Assembly: GCA_010405405.1 (NCBI GenBank)
Contig: MU004231.1
Span: forward strand, 4,379,334-4,399,333
Direction: 5' to 3'
Length of the DNA: 20,000 nt
Source: Microthyrium microscopicum
Lineage: Eukaryota
Shown here: positions 9,285-20,000 of the stretch, in pieces
How the letters are laid out: each line of letters opens with the position of its first letter
Position numbering within the stretch: the stretch's first letter is position 1
Translations under genes and position numbers: made by a program
The notes under the pieces: model-generated
Told to the model about the DNA's origin: nothing
Seen by the model: only the letters and a program-made list of their open reading frames with translations
Database searches by the model: none

Positions 9285-10558
9285 ATAAATAAGTTACTTA
9301 AAGATTCTATTAAAGGCTCTTAAGTCTTTACTAAGGGTAACTTTAACTCTACTAAGATTATAGTAACTATTCCTACTAGTAATAATATTATTATGTCCTA
9401 TAATAACTAAATCTTAATTATTAATATTATAAACCTTATTAAAGTAGTCTTTAAGAATAAGATAGAGTAAGAATATGCTAATAAGAGCATTATAGCCTTA
9501 CTTAGCTTATTATAGTACTACTTAACTCTAAATTCTTATTAGCGTTATATAGAGGTCTATGTAGTATATTTTTCTTCTTCTTTAACTACTAAACTTTACC
9601 TTATTCCTAACTTAGACTATTATTATACTTAGTAAGTTAGTTTAGGTAAGTACTTTATTAAATACCTTAATATAAAGTTAACTAAGGATTATTTAGAAGT
9701 AATATTCTATTCTAGCTTATTTTACGTTATATTATACTAATATAAGTAGGTTATTTCTTATAAGGACCTTTATAACGAAATTAAGCTTATTTTAGTCTAT
9801 GTTATAATTAATAAGGTTATTTATACTCTTAAGAATAGTTTTTAGGATAAATTATCTTATAAGAATAAGTATATACTTTATAGTAGTATTTAGTACGCTT
9901 ATAAGTACGTAGTAACTCTTTATAAGTTATAAGTACTTATTTTAACTAATTCTAGTTTAGCTTTATATATTTAGACGCTAATTAGTTTATAGTTATATAT
10001 TTAAGTAGCTAGTAGCTAACTTCTTTCTATTATATTTTAATATTACTAAGGATAGCTTTTATATGACTTATGCGTTTATTAACTACTATATAAGTGCTAA
10101 AGCTACCTAAAAGCTAGTAGATAATAGCCTTTTAGAATTAGAGAAGTATATTATAGTTTATCTAGCTCTCTTAGCTACTAATATTTAATTCTATCCTCTT
10201 AAGTACTTTAAGTACTATAATGTACTATATTTTTAGCGTATAGACTTTATATATATTATTAGTCCTTAAGGACCTAATATATCTTAAGTAAGTCTTTTTA
10301 TATCTATAGTAGGTTACTTTGCGTCTAACTATCTTATAGTAACTTACTAATATTAAAGAGGCTCTATCTAATATCCTTATAAGCTCTTAAGTACTTCTTA
10401 AATGCTATAAAGCTTATCTTAGCGCTTCTAAGTGCTAAGAGGTTAAGGGCTATATTAAAAAGGCTATTAAGGCTTTTTATAAGAATAGTTATACTAATAA
10501 GGACTATTCTAAGGTTAAGGTTATAAGTCTTACTATAAAAAAGCGCAAGATAGGCTAA
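9285..10558 (+). pseudogene. Candidate intron-containing accessory gene relic, antisense to gag-pol (~370 aa, unknown function)
   Basis: Introns: 9646-9696 (GTAAGT..ACTAAG..TTTAG, 51 nt), ~9905-9960 (GTACGT..CTAAT..TTTAG, phase unresolved) and 10288-10339 (GTAAGT..CTAAC..TAG, 52 nt). Exon frames contain only TAA/TAG stops that RIP can explain. It starts INKLLKDSIKGS*VFTKGNFNSTK (plausibly MDELLEDSIEGSQVF...) and ends ...KKRKIG* at 10538-10558. Confidence 0.55.
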
Positions 10559-10687
10559 GTAGCTTCTTCTTAAGTTAAAATAAAGTTAGATAAGTTGTCT
10601 TAGGTCTTTTAGAATTTAATATTATCTATACTTAGCCTTAATTAGCTAAATAGGGCTATTTCTTATTATATTAAGTTATTTTACGTT

Positions 10688-10767
10688 CCTTAAGGATAAG
10701 TTAGTTAGTAGATACCTTTTTAGGACTTCTTAAAGATAGGTTTATTAGTAGATACCCTTATAGAACT
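10688..10767 (+). repeat. 40-bp tandem duplication
   Basis: CCTTAAGGATAAGTTAGTTAGTAGATACCTTTTTAGGACT followed by TCTTAAAGATAGGTTTATTAGTAGATACCCTTATAGAACT. Confidence 0.7.
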
Positions 10768-10829
10768 ATTATATAGCTAATTTGACTCTTAGTTAGAAAT
10801 TACTTATTTTTTTATATATTTTTTAATAT

Positions 10830-10926
10830 ATATTTTAACTCTATTTTGTGTTATAAAAGATTCTTAAAAGAGTATTCTTTATATACGTATAGAGACTTAT
10901 TTTATGTATTATTTTAGGTTATTTTA
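10830..10926 (+). repeat. 97-bp direct repeat, copy B (copy A at 8674-8770)
   Basis: Matches copy A at an offset of 2156 bp. Confidence 0.8.
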
Positions 10927-11229
10927 TATATTTATAACTTAATAGTTTTCTTATATACTTATTATTTAGTACTATTTTTAAGTTACTTTAAGTTAATTTA
11001 TTATAATATATATATAAGGAGGTTAATTTAGGTTCTAATTAATAAAAAAATTATAAAGTAACTATTCCTCTTCTTTAAAAGCTTATCTTAAGTCTTTTAA
11101 GTCTTCTTTAGCCTTCTTAGTTATTATTTTAGTCTTATAAGGTTAAGATCTATTAACCTATTTATAATATTATCTAGATATATTATTTTATATTTAACTA
11201 CTTCTCTAATTATACTTATTACTAGTATA

Positions 11230-14200
11230 ATGCCTTTCTTAGCTAACTTTACGTAATAGCGCTTTAAAGTAGTTAAAAAAAAGTTAGCTATAAGCTTTTA
11301 GGTTAATTTAGACTCTAGGTAATCTTTCTATTTTATAAGGTAGTAGTATTTATTTCTTTTATTTACTATATACTTTATTATCTCCTCTATATTATATATA
11401 TTTAGGTCTTTTAGGTTTAAAGAATCCTATAGTAATATAGACTTCTATAGAAAGTAGGGGTTTAGCTTATATAGCTCTAATAGAGAGATATAGAATATAT
11501 TATAGACTTATATATTCTTTAGGAAGTTAAGCTAGTAAGTATTAGTATTTATAACTTTTATAATCTTAAAGAGACCTATATATTTAATATTAAGTTTCTT
11601 CTTAACGTAAGTAGTCTAAATATTCTTTATATTAAGTAGGACTTAATTACTAACGTTTAAATAAACGTCCTTCTTTTCTTTATTATACTAGTTAGCCTAG
11701 TATAGCTATACTTTAGCTAATTTATTTTTTATTACATATTATAGAGATAGAATATAGTTTATTATTCCTTTAGTATTAGGTATAATACTTTTTAATAGCG
11801 TTTTAGCTAATTTAGAAGTATAGGAGTTCCTTCTAGTATATATAATAAAAGGAGTAACTCTAATTAATAAGTAAATACTATTATTATAGTTAAACTTAGC
11901 TAAACTAAGCTATTTTACCTAATTATCTTATTCTTAATATTTATAAATCTATAGGTAGTACTTAACTTCCTAGTTTAAGCGCTCTATTTAACTATTAGTT
12001 TATAGGTAAAATACTATTAAGAGCTTTTTAAGGATAGAAAGGTAATAAAGGAATATTTTCTAGTACTTAAAAATAAAGAGAGGTCCTTAATTAGATATAA
12101 TAGTATAAGGTACGCTATATAGGCGTATAACCTTTTATAAGAAGATCTTAATAAGGTTTTTTATGTTTATATTCTTTCTTATTAAAATATAGTAGGCTAT
12201 TTTAATTAATTTATTAATAACTACTATAATAGAGTTATAGGTTTAACTATTATAAATACTTAAGAGTAAATTTATAATAAAATCTATAGTAATATCCTCT
12301 TATAGCGCTTCTAGGACTAGTAAAGCTATTAATAATCCTTTCTAGACTTATTTAATAGATTTATTATGTTAGTAGTTAAGATAAGCCTTATAATAGTTCT
12401 TAATATCTTTCTAGACGTAGTCCTAAGTATAATAGCGCTTAATTTTCTTAAGTATCTTCTTTAACTCTCTATAACTATCTTCTATAGTATCGTTATAAAA
12501 CCTTTATAGGATTTTCTTCTTTTATAACTCTTCCTTAATAAAAACGAGATTTCTACTTATTTATTTAGCTTTATTTAAGTTATTCTTAGCTAGAGGGGGT
12601 TTATTAATAGCTAAGATCTTACTAGAGCTTATTTTTAGATATTTCTAGGTCTTAGTAGGCTTATCTTAACCCTTCTTAAGTTAATTTATAATAAGATACT
12701 ACGTATTAATACTAATATATATAATAATAGAGTTTATAAGTTTAATAGCGTTAATTTTAATTATAGGAGCGTTATTAAATTATAACTTATTATAAAGTAG
12801 GTTAAGTAATGCTTCTATAGTCTTTTTTTATTCTTTTTAGCTCTTTTTAACGTAGTTTAGATATCTTAAGAGTCTATTAGCTAAATTTATCTTACTTAGG
12901 TAATGCTTAATATTAAAATTATATTCTAAGAGTAAATCTACTTACCTTGCGTATATTAATAATATTTTTAGTATTATTTTAAGCGATTTAAGGTTTATAT
13001 AATCTATTAAGATCTAAAATTGGTTTAGTAAGCTTTATAAGTACTTTCTAAATACTTTTAAGGAATTTATAATTATTAAGAACTTTTGTTATAGAGTTTT
13101 ATAGTAGCTTTTTAGTAGAAATAATTTTTAAGAATAGAATATAATAGGTTTTTATAGGCTATTCTAGCCCTTATTGCGTTATCTTTAGCTTAATATTCTA
13201 TAAATTGCTCTTTTAGAGATATTAGTTTCTAACTATATAGGAAGCATAGGGTTAAAATAAACTAAAATTAGCGTATTTATAAAAGAATCTTTTAGTTTAT
13301 TAAAAGAATCTAAGGCGTCTAGTAGTAATTTAATATTTATAAACTCTTCCTATTATAGCTTTAAGCCTTTTAGGGCCTAACCTAGTTCTTTTTAGGTTAA
13401 GATGTTTAATAGTATAGTAATATAAAAGAATTTAGTAATAAACTAATAATAGTAGTTTATAAAGCTAATAAATTTCCTTACTTAGTATACGTTATATAGT
13501 TTTAGCTAATCTAGGTACGTATTAACTTATAACTAATCTATAGTAGTACTATCTAAGGTTATAACGTAACCTAAATACTTTATACTACTAGTATAAAACT
13601 TATACTTAAATAGTTTTATATATAAATAGTACTTTATAAGTTACTATAGGACTTCTTAGACGTTTTTAATATATTACTCCTTAGTTTTAGAGTAAATAAG
13701 GATATTATTAAAATAAATAATATATATTACGTTTACTAAGCTTCTTAATACTTAGTTAATATATGCTTAAAAGGCTATAGGAGCATTTATAAGTCTAAAT
13801 AGAACTACTATATACTTAAATATCTTATATTTAGTTCTAAACGTAGTCTTTTACTTATTACTATCTTTAATACGTAAATAGTAGTAAGCTTTATATAAGT
13901 TAAGGCTAATAAAGAACTTAGCGTCTTAAAGTCTATTTAAAGACTTTTTAATAAAAAGTAATGCGTACTAATCTTTAATAGTAATATTATTTAGGCTTTA
14001 GTAGTCTATATAGAGTTATAATATCTTATCTTTTTTCTTTATAAAGAGAATAGGGGCTTTAGTAAGAGATCTTAACTTCTAAATTTAACCTCTTATAAGG
14101 TAAGTATCTAAGTATTTATATAGAATAACTAACTTAGTTTTTAAGAGGCTATAAATAGATCTATATAGTACTATAGTACTTAGCTCTAAGTTAATTTTAA

Positions 14201-14900
14201 GGTCTTATAGACTATATTAGGCTAATTTAAGTATATCTTATTTATTAAAGGCTTTAGTGAACTATAAATACTTACTTAGAAGCTCTTCTATAGATAAATT
14301 TAGGTTTAGTAACCTAATTAGATAATTAAATAGTTAGAATAAACTATCCTAAGCTAACTTAGAGAACTTATTAGTATTTATAGTTTCTATTTTGCTATAG
14401 AAGCTACTAAAAGGTTGCTTCTATATAAGGGTTTTATTCTTAAAGTTTAGAAAAGGATTTTACTCCTCTAACTAGAGTATTCTTATAATAATAGAGTAAT
14501 ATAAAGAGTCTATAATATAAAATAACTCTATCTTAGTCTTAGGGAGGCTATTTAAGTTAACTACTATTATTATAGCTTTTATAACTTTATAAATTCGTAT
14601 AGGAGTACTATTTAGGTACGTTATAAGTATCTTAGGAAAAAGAGTAATATAGAGCTAAAGTCTTTTAGCTAGCTTAATATCTATAATATTAAAGTATAAC
14701 TTATAATTAACTATAATATTTAAAGATAGAGCCTCCTAGCCCTTATTATTCCTTAAACTTCCTTATAAATATATTTACTTTAACTTTAGTCTTATAAAGT
14801 CTACCTTACTAGGTAAGTTATTATTCTTAGCCCTTAACGTCTCTAAGACGTATATAATAATAGTTTTATAAAGTTATTTAGCGCTAAGCTAGGCTATCTT
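11230..14900 (-). pseudogene. Ty3/Gypsy pol relic: protease, RT, RNase H, integrase, chromodomain
   Basis: Minus-strand motifs: IVNYK (protease D-x-G site relic, ~14700-14715); KTTFRTKYKIFKYIVVLFRLINAP (= KTAFRTxYGxFEYxVMPFGLxNAP, ~13780-13850); YFNNILIYS (= YxDDILIYS, 13715-13689); LETNIS (= ETDAS, ~13215-13232); IDYINL (= TDHxNL, ~13000); AYLNY*HNK (CxxC, ~12360-12390); YSVPYTIISN*GPLF (~12075-12120); FYL*TNS*IER (= FHPQTDGQTER, ~11980-12010); KYIGLFK (GPF, ~11565-11585); chromodomain YYLIK*KDYLESKLT*KL (= YLVKWKGYxxxxxTWEP, ~11293-11346). Ends approximate. Confidence 0.93.
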
Positions 14901-14939
14901 ATTAATAAGAGAGGCTACTAAGTCCTAGTTTATAACTTT

Positions 14940-16165
14940 ATAGCCTTATCTTTTCTTTATAGCTTAGGGTATTCTATTTTAAAGTAAGGTCTACTATATT
15001 TAAAGTATTTAACCTTTTTTAAGTTAGACTTTAGTAAAATATTTATATTTTAAGTTGTTTTAGGCGTAGCTTATTCTACTTTACTATTCTTTAAAGAGTA
15101 GAAGAACTTTCTAGGTATTCTTAGCTCTTTTAAGCCCTTCTTATACTTATACTTATCTTCTAAGAAGTATAAGCGTTATTTTAGGAAAGGTTATCTTAAG
15201 TTTACCTTTTTAGGAGCAAAATAAGCCTTAGCCTCTATAGAACTAGGAGTTTAATATAAGTTAGCCTTTTTAAGGGCCTCTTTAACTATAGTGGTAGTAA
15301 ACTTCTTATTAAAGAGAATCTTCTCTTATATATTCCTAAGAAGGCCTTTATAGAACTAAAAGAAGTGACTTTTCTAGTTATTATACCCTTATTCTTTCTA
15401 TAATCTAAGGAAGTTATTATAGAGCTTTTAAGGATAGTATTAACCTAATTTAACTATCTAGGACTTTTTAAAAGTAATATATTTTTACTTTATAGGGTAG
15501 CCTAAATAGCCTAGCATATAGTCTTAAACTATTTACTATATCTTTTAGAATCTTAGGTTCTAAGACTCCTTATAGAGGATAAGATTATTTAATTCTATTT
15601 ATAATAGCCTTTTCTTAAGCTAATTATATCTATAAATATACTAGTAGAGTTATTAGTTATAAGTACTCTCTTAATAAAAGGGTTTAATAAACTTTTATTT
15701 AATATTATTAACCTAAGATATATATTCTTAAAGACTCTTTCCCTTATAAGGCTCTATCTTAGGCCTATCTTAGTTTAAAGGTCTTAAGAGAGTAAGAGCT
15801 TAGCTTAAAAGATACTAATTAAGTCTTATTATATTAACTTAGCTAAAGTTCTCTAACTCTTAAGTAGTTTTAAGCTTACTAGACTAAATTACTTTAGCTT
15901 TTATTATTAGCTCTTATATCTTAAGCTCTAGCTTCTTTTTATTAATAAGCATATTAAGTTCCTCTTTATAGCGTATTATAAAGTTATTTTAGGTCTCTCT
16001 AGGCCTAGGTAGGTTAAGGTTAGCTAGTTTAATATTAGATAGGTTTAATAAACTTCTAAATATATTAATTTAAAGTATAATAAGTGCTAGTAATCCTTAG
16101 CCTAATAGTTAAGGCTACCTAAGTCTTATCTAGGCGTTAAAGTCTAAATATTTGCTATTAGACAT
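14940..16165 (-). pseudogene. Ty3/Gypsy gag relic
   Basis: Surviving ATG at 16165-16163 just inside the 5' LTR. Knuckle relic KVKYFKYSRPYFKIEYPK (= CFKCGRPHFKxECP, CX2CX3HX4C) at 15007-14969. The 3' end is approximate. Confidence 0.75.
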
Positions 16166-16232
16166 AGTTTCTAATTAGATAAAAGATAAAAATAATTTCT
16201 TTAGGTATTTAAAGGTTAAAAAGTAATTACTA

Positions 16233-16500
16233 TATTAGAAATAGGTCGTTCTAAGTAAGTAAAGACTATAATTATTATAATTTAAGTAGATATATAAAAA
16301 TAGGGATAAGAGTAATTACTAGAGAGTTACTTAGACCTCTATAATTTCTCTTCTTTATTACTTAGAGCTATAAGGACTCTACTAAGCTATCTATATTTAT
16401 AATAGGTTATTATTAGTCAACCTAACTAATAATGCTTTATCTTGCGTAGACATGTCCTATTAGTAGTTATCTTAAACTAAAAGTGTCCTAGTTCCTAATA
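16233..16500 (-). repeat. 5' LTR of the chromovirus
   Basis: Ungapped match to 7723-7990, followed on the + strand by the TSD AAGAT. Confidence 0.96.
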
Positions 16501-16505
16501 AAGAT

Positions 16506-17127
16506 AGCTATTAGACTTCTAAAAATAATTCTAATTAACCTATATTTAATAACTAGCTAATAACGCCTAATCCTATACTATTACTACTATCTTAGCCTTC
16601 TTTATAATATCTAATACTCTTTATAAATCTATTACCTACTTAAGATTCTACTCCTATAATTCTATTAGTACTACTACTAACTACCCTAATAGCTTACCTA
16701 AAATAGTAATATATTACTAAGTATAAATAAAAGATTTAAGCCTCTTAAAATATCTCTATATGCACTATAAGAAGTAGTTATATTCTATAATCCTTAAGGA
16801 CTACTAATTTAGTACTCTATAAACCTTACCTCCTTACCTTATTATATTATACGTTCTCTATAGCTTTAGTTTAACGCTACTATAAAAGAGATATACTAAA
16901 ATTACTAAAAATATAGTCTAAAATAATAAAACACCCTAATTAAGACTAGTATCTTTTAGCTACTAGAATTAAGATTAAAATACTTTAGGAATAAAGTATA
17001 TTTAAAGAGGTCTATACCCTTTAAACTAATAAGCCTATTCTACCCTTAAAGTAGGTATTCTTAAAGAAGTATAATTTAAATAGCTTCCTTCTTAAATATA
17101 AGGCTAGAATCTATATAAGAGGAGATC
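16506..17127 (+). pseudogene. Ty1/Copia relic, continuation: IN-RT linker and start of reverse transcriptase
   Basis: HPN*D*YLLATRIKIKIL...PILPLK*VFLKKYNLNSFLLKYKARIYIRGD (= LPLKWVFxxKxDxxGxxxKYKARICVRGD, the Copia RT N-terminal signature) at ~16930-17127, cut off after GGA GAT C. Confidence 0.9.
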
Positions 17128-17502
17128 TATTACGGACCCCTACGGACTCGCCATAGAGGCGCAGGCATCTTGCTACCTCCTTGCTTACTCTACTCTCGTA
17201 GTACGCTATAGAAAGGCTCTTTACTAACGAACTACTAGGTTAATATAGATAGTACCTACCCTCTACTATAATAAGATAAAACTAAAATAGAGCTAAGAAT
17301 AAGCAAGAGAAGTAGCCTTACTAAAGAGAAAATAGAGAAGAGTATAAGTAAAGAGGTAGACTTAATCTCTTAAAAGATTAAGTATTAGTCTTATCTTAAT
17401 ACTAGTTCTTAGAATCTATTTCTCTTACTTTAAACTATCTTTTATAATTCTAATACTTCTTAACGTACTATATAGTAGTAAGCCTAATAGATCCTTATAA
17501 TA
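17128..17502 (+). repeat. Probable 5' LTR of the second Gypsy
   Basis: TATTAC... start, TATA-like GTATAAGTA at ~17342, candidate end ...CCTTATAATA (RIPped ...TAACA) at 17502. The right end is tentative because the partner LTR is outside the window. Confidence 0.55.
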
Positions 17503-17609
17503 ATAAGGAGTACAAAGAACTCTAATAGAAGCTAAAACAAAGATAAAGATAAAGATAAAGACCTAAATAACAACTTAGACAACAACTTAGATAATAACTT
17601 AAGTTAATA

Positions 17610-20000
17610 TAATAGCTTACTACTACTAATAGACCTAGAAGCTACTTTAGCTACCCTTTATATAGTAATAGCTTAAATTAATAAATAAGAATAGGCATAC
17701 ATAGCTAAGACATAATAGCTTTATAATAAAATTATAGCCTTATTATAGGCCTTATAATAGAATCCTCCTCCTCCTTCTTAACTAAGAGAACTAAAACTTA
17801 CTAACCTTATAGTCTTTTAATATAAGACTTAATAAGAACTTATTAACTAGACTATAAGTATAGAAAACGCTTTTTATTTAGTACCTTCTTAATTTGCTAC
17901 GTAAGAGAGTTATATTAAATAGGCTAGCTAGTTTATAAGTCCTAACCTATAAACTTAATAGAACTTAAAGAAGAAGAAGATTAAGCTACTAACTTAGACT
18001 TAAGAAAAGTTTATAAAATAGCTCTAATATTAATATACTTACCCTACTATAGCTAAACTTTTAGTTACTAAGAAACTTAAAAAAGCTAAGTAGCACTCTA
18101 TCTAAACTCCTATAGAGTTTAACGCCTACTTAAACTTATTAAAGACTTAACTTAGTATTAATATAACTTATAAAGAAGATAAATAATACTTAAAATTCCT
18201 TACTAAGCTAATCTTAAAACTATAAAAATAGATTAAATTAATAGAGTATATCCTAACTACTAGACTTAATATAGTTAACGCTACTAAACGCTTTTAGTAA
18301 ATTACTTATAAGTACTTATAAAAAGACTTATTAAGTAATATTAATCCTTAACTCCCCTAATTAAATTATAATCTATAAGATAACTAAGATAAATAATAAG
18401 AGTATAAAAGTTATATAGAGTATATACTATTAACTTACTTACTAATAAGTATAAAGCTTAAAAAAAATAGTAAGACGTATAAGGAAATTACCTATTATAA
18501 TTATAATTTATTTAGATATTATATAAATAAGTATAATAAGCCTCTAAGAAGCTCTTAGGCTACCTAAGGATAAGAAGGATTTTTAAGACATAGAGGCTAA
18601 AGAAGAAACCTAAATATTATCCCCCTCTTATTAAAATCTAGAACTAACCTAGAAAAAGAGTAAGTATTATAAGGGTTAAGAACTCTATCTCTATAACACT
18701 AGATTAGACTATAAGGGTATAGATTTAGATAATAGCTAACCTTTCTCTTACTATAAGAGACTAATCTATAAATATTCTCTTAGATACTAGTAGTTAAATT
18801 AATATTATTAATAAATAACTTACGTAACGTTATAGCTTTAAGAAAGTAACTATAGAAAGCATCTAAGCTATAGGTTTTACTAATAATATAATAAGAAGTA
18901 AATATTATAGTACGTATTAGCTACGTTTTTATTATAAAGACTCCTCTAATATTTATAAGAACGTTAAATACTATTTCTTTTCTTTTAATTAGACTAAATA
19001 TATCTATCCTATAGTATAAAGAACTTTTCTATAAAAAAAATATAATATCTTTATCTACCTAAGATAGAAGAAGTAGCTATTTAAGAAAGAGAAGCTAAAA
19101 TATAAGATTATAAACTAAAGTATATTTAAGAAAGAGCTATAAGAATATAGTAAGGTATTTAAACTAACTATAAAATTTAATAAGTACTTATACTTAAATA
19201 GTAAGAAGGTAAAGATTTTTAGTATTAGCTTTAAGTTAAGCTTATAAGTAAATATTAATCTAGAGAATAGACTACTATAAGAGCTATAAGATTTAGCCTC
19301 TTAAGTTAAGGCTAAGGATAAGAATAAACCTATCCCTAAAGGTATTAAATATACTATTAAGATAACTATAGACCCTTTTTTTAGACCTATCTATAACTTA
19401 TTAGTAATAAAACTTAAGATACTATAGGAATACCTTAAGTTAGCCCTTATAAAAAGCTAAATCTAAGAATTAACTAGCCTAGCTAGAGTACCTATACTTT
19501 TTATACTTAAAAAGGATAAAGGATTATAACTTTATATAGACTACTACCTACTTAACGTAGTTACTATTAAAAACTATTACCTACTCTCTTTAATAAGTAA
19601 GATATTAGATTAACTTAGTAGAGTAGTATACTATACTAAGATAGACCTTAAGAATGTCTATACCTAGATACTTATTAGAAAATAAAATTAATAGAAAATA
19701 GTATTCTATACTTAGTATAGATACTATAAATACTAAGTTATACCTTTTAGACTTACTAACGCCCTAGCTATATTCTAAGCCTATATTTATAAAGTATTAG
19801 TAAGACTCTTAGATATTATCTATATTATTTACTTTAATAATATTCTTATCTTCTCTAAAATATATAAAAATTATATTTATAATATATATATTATATTAAA
19901 ACACTTACTAGCTACTAAGCTTTATACTAATTCTAAGAAGTACTAATTCTTTACTAATAAAGTAGAATTCCTTAGTTTTATAGTCTCTATAAAAGGAGTA
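17610..20000 (+). pseudogene. gag-pol relic of the second Gypsy (gag, protease, RT)
   Basis: ITYYNYNLFRYYINKYNKP (= CX2CX4HX4C, ~18487-18543); ILLDTSS*INII (= LLDTGS, ~18775-18810); PIYNL...LARVPILFILKKDKGL*LYIDY (~19386-19545); KNYYLLSLI (= KNRYPLPLI); IPFRLTNALAIF* (= MPFGLTNAPATFQ, ~19740-19778); YFNNILIFS (= YxDD, from 19830). Start approximate. Confidence 0.92.

Larger units (their letters stand above)
7723..16500 (-). mobile_element. Full-length Ty3/Gypsy chromovirus LTR retrotransposon (8778 bp), RIP-inactivated, inserted in the Copia IN-RT linker
   Basis: Paired 268-bp LTRs; perfect 5-bp TSD AAGAT at 7718-7722 and 16501-16505; minus-strand gag-PR-RT-RH-IN-chromodomain order; purine tract next to the left (3') LTR. 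Confidence 0.96.
2960..20000. repeat. AT-rich RIP-mutated nested transposon block
   Basis: Abrupt loss of CpA/TpG and excess of TpA, with no ORFs in the track beyond 2908. Recognisable retroelement motifs differ from consensus by C>T/G>A changes (e.g. YLDD read as YFNN, W as stop). Confidence 0.97.
17128..20000 (+). mobile_element. Second Ty3/Gypsy LTR retrotransposon (different family), 5' part, inserted in the Copia RT; continues past the window
   Basis: Begins TATTACGG (RIPped TGTTACGG) exactly where the Copia RT motif stops. It shows no evident similarity to the 268-bp LTRs and is followed by gag, PR and RT motifs. Confidence 0.9.

Noticed and set aside
9700..10620. Sense (minus-strand) env-like third ORF
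   Set aside because: I found no recognisable env features or convincing start. The stop-poor minus-strand stretches are equally explained as shadows of the plus-strand exons, which also carry the splice signals. It cannot be fully excluded without a consensus.
17535..17603. (AAAGAT)n and (ACAACAACTTAG)n short repeats
   Set aside because: Ordinary low-complexity repeats in the Gypsy leader/gag start, with no further structure.
2960..20000. Mitochondrial insertion or stop-codon-reassigned genetic code as the explanation for the AT-rich, stop-riddled frames
   Set aside because: Stops coincide with D>N, G>R/S, C>Y and E>K changes in conserved retroelement motifs, and LTR differences are all transitions. 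This is RIP, not recoding.

Overview
Filamentous-ascomycete (Pezizomycotina-like) genomic DNA with two compartments. Bases 1-~2930 are ordinary GC-balanced sequence. They hold the 5' part of an unidentified minus-strand gene and a complete two-exon DAP1/MAPR (cytochrome b5-like heme/steroid-binding) gene. From ~2930 to 20000 is a very AT-rich block of nested transposon relics destroyed by repeat-induced point mutation (RIP). Reading through the C>T/G>A changes resolves: an unclassified element at the edge (~2933-3775); a plus-strand Ty1/Copia (5' LTR ~3776-4946, gag-PR-IN to 7722, RT resuming at 16506-17127); a complete minus-strand Ty3/Gypsy chromovirus inside it (7723-16500, 268-bp LTRs, perfect AAGAT target-site duplication, TSD); and a second plus-strand Ty3/Gypsy inserted in the Copia RT (17128 to window end). 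The most notable observation is a ~3.2 kb extra region in the complete chromovirus, between the chromodomain and the 3' LTR. It appears to hold an antisense, multi-intron, ~370-aa gene relic with its own TATA/pyrimidine-rich promoter and a C-terminal KKRK, bracketed by a 97-bp direct repeat. All de-RIP readings were done by eye.
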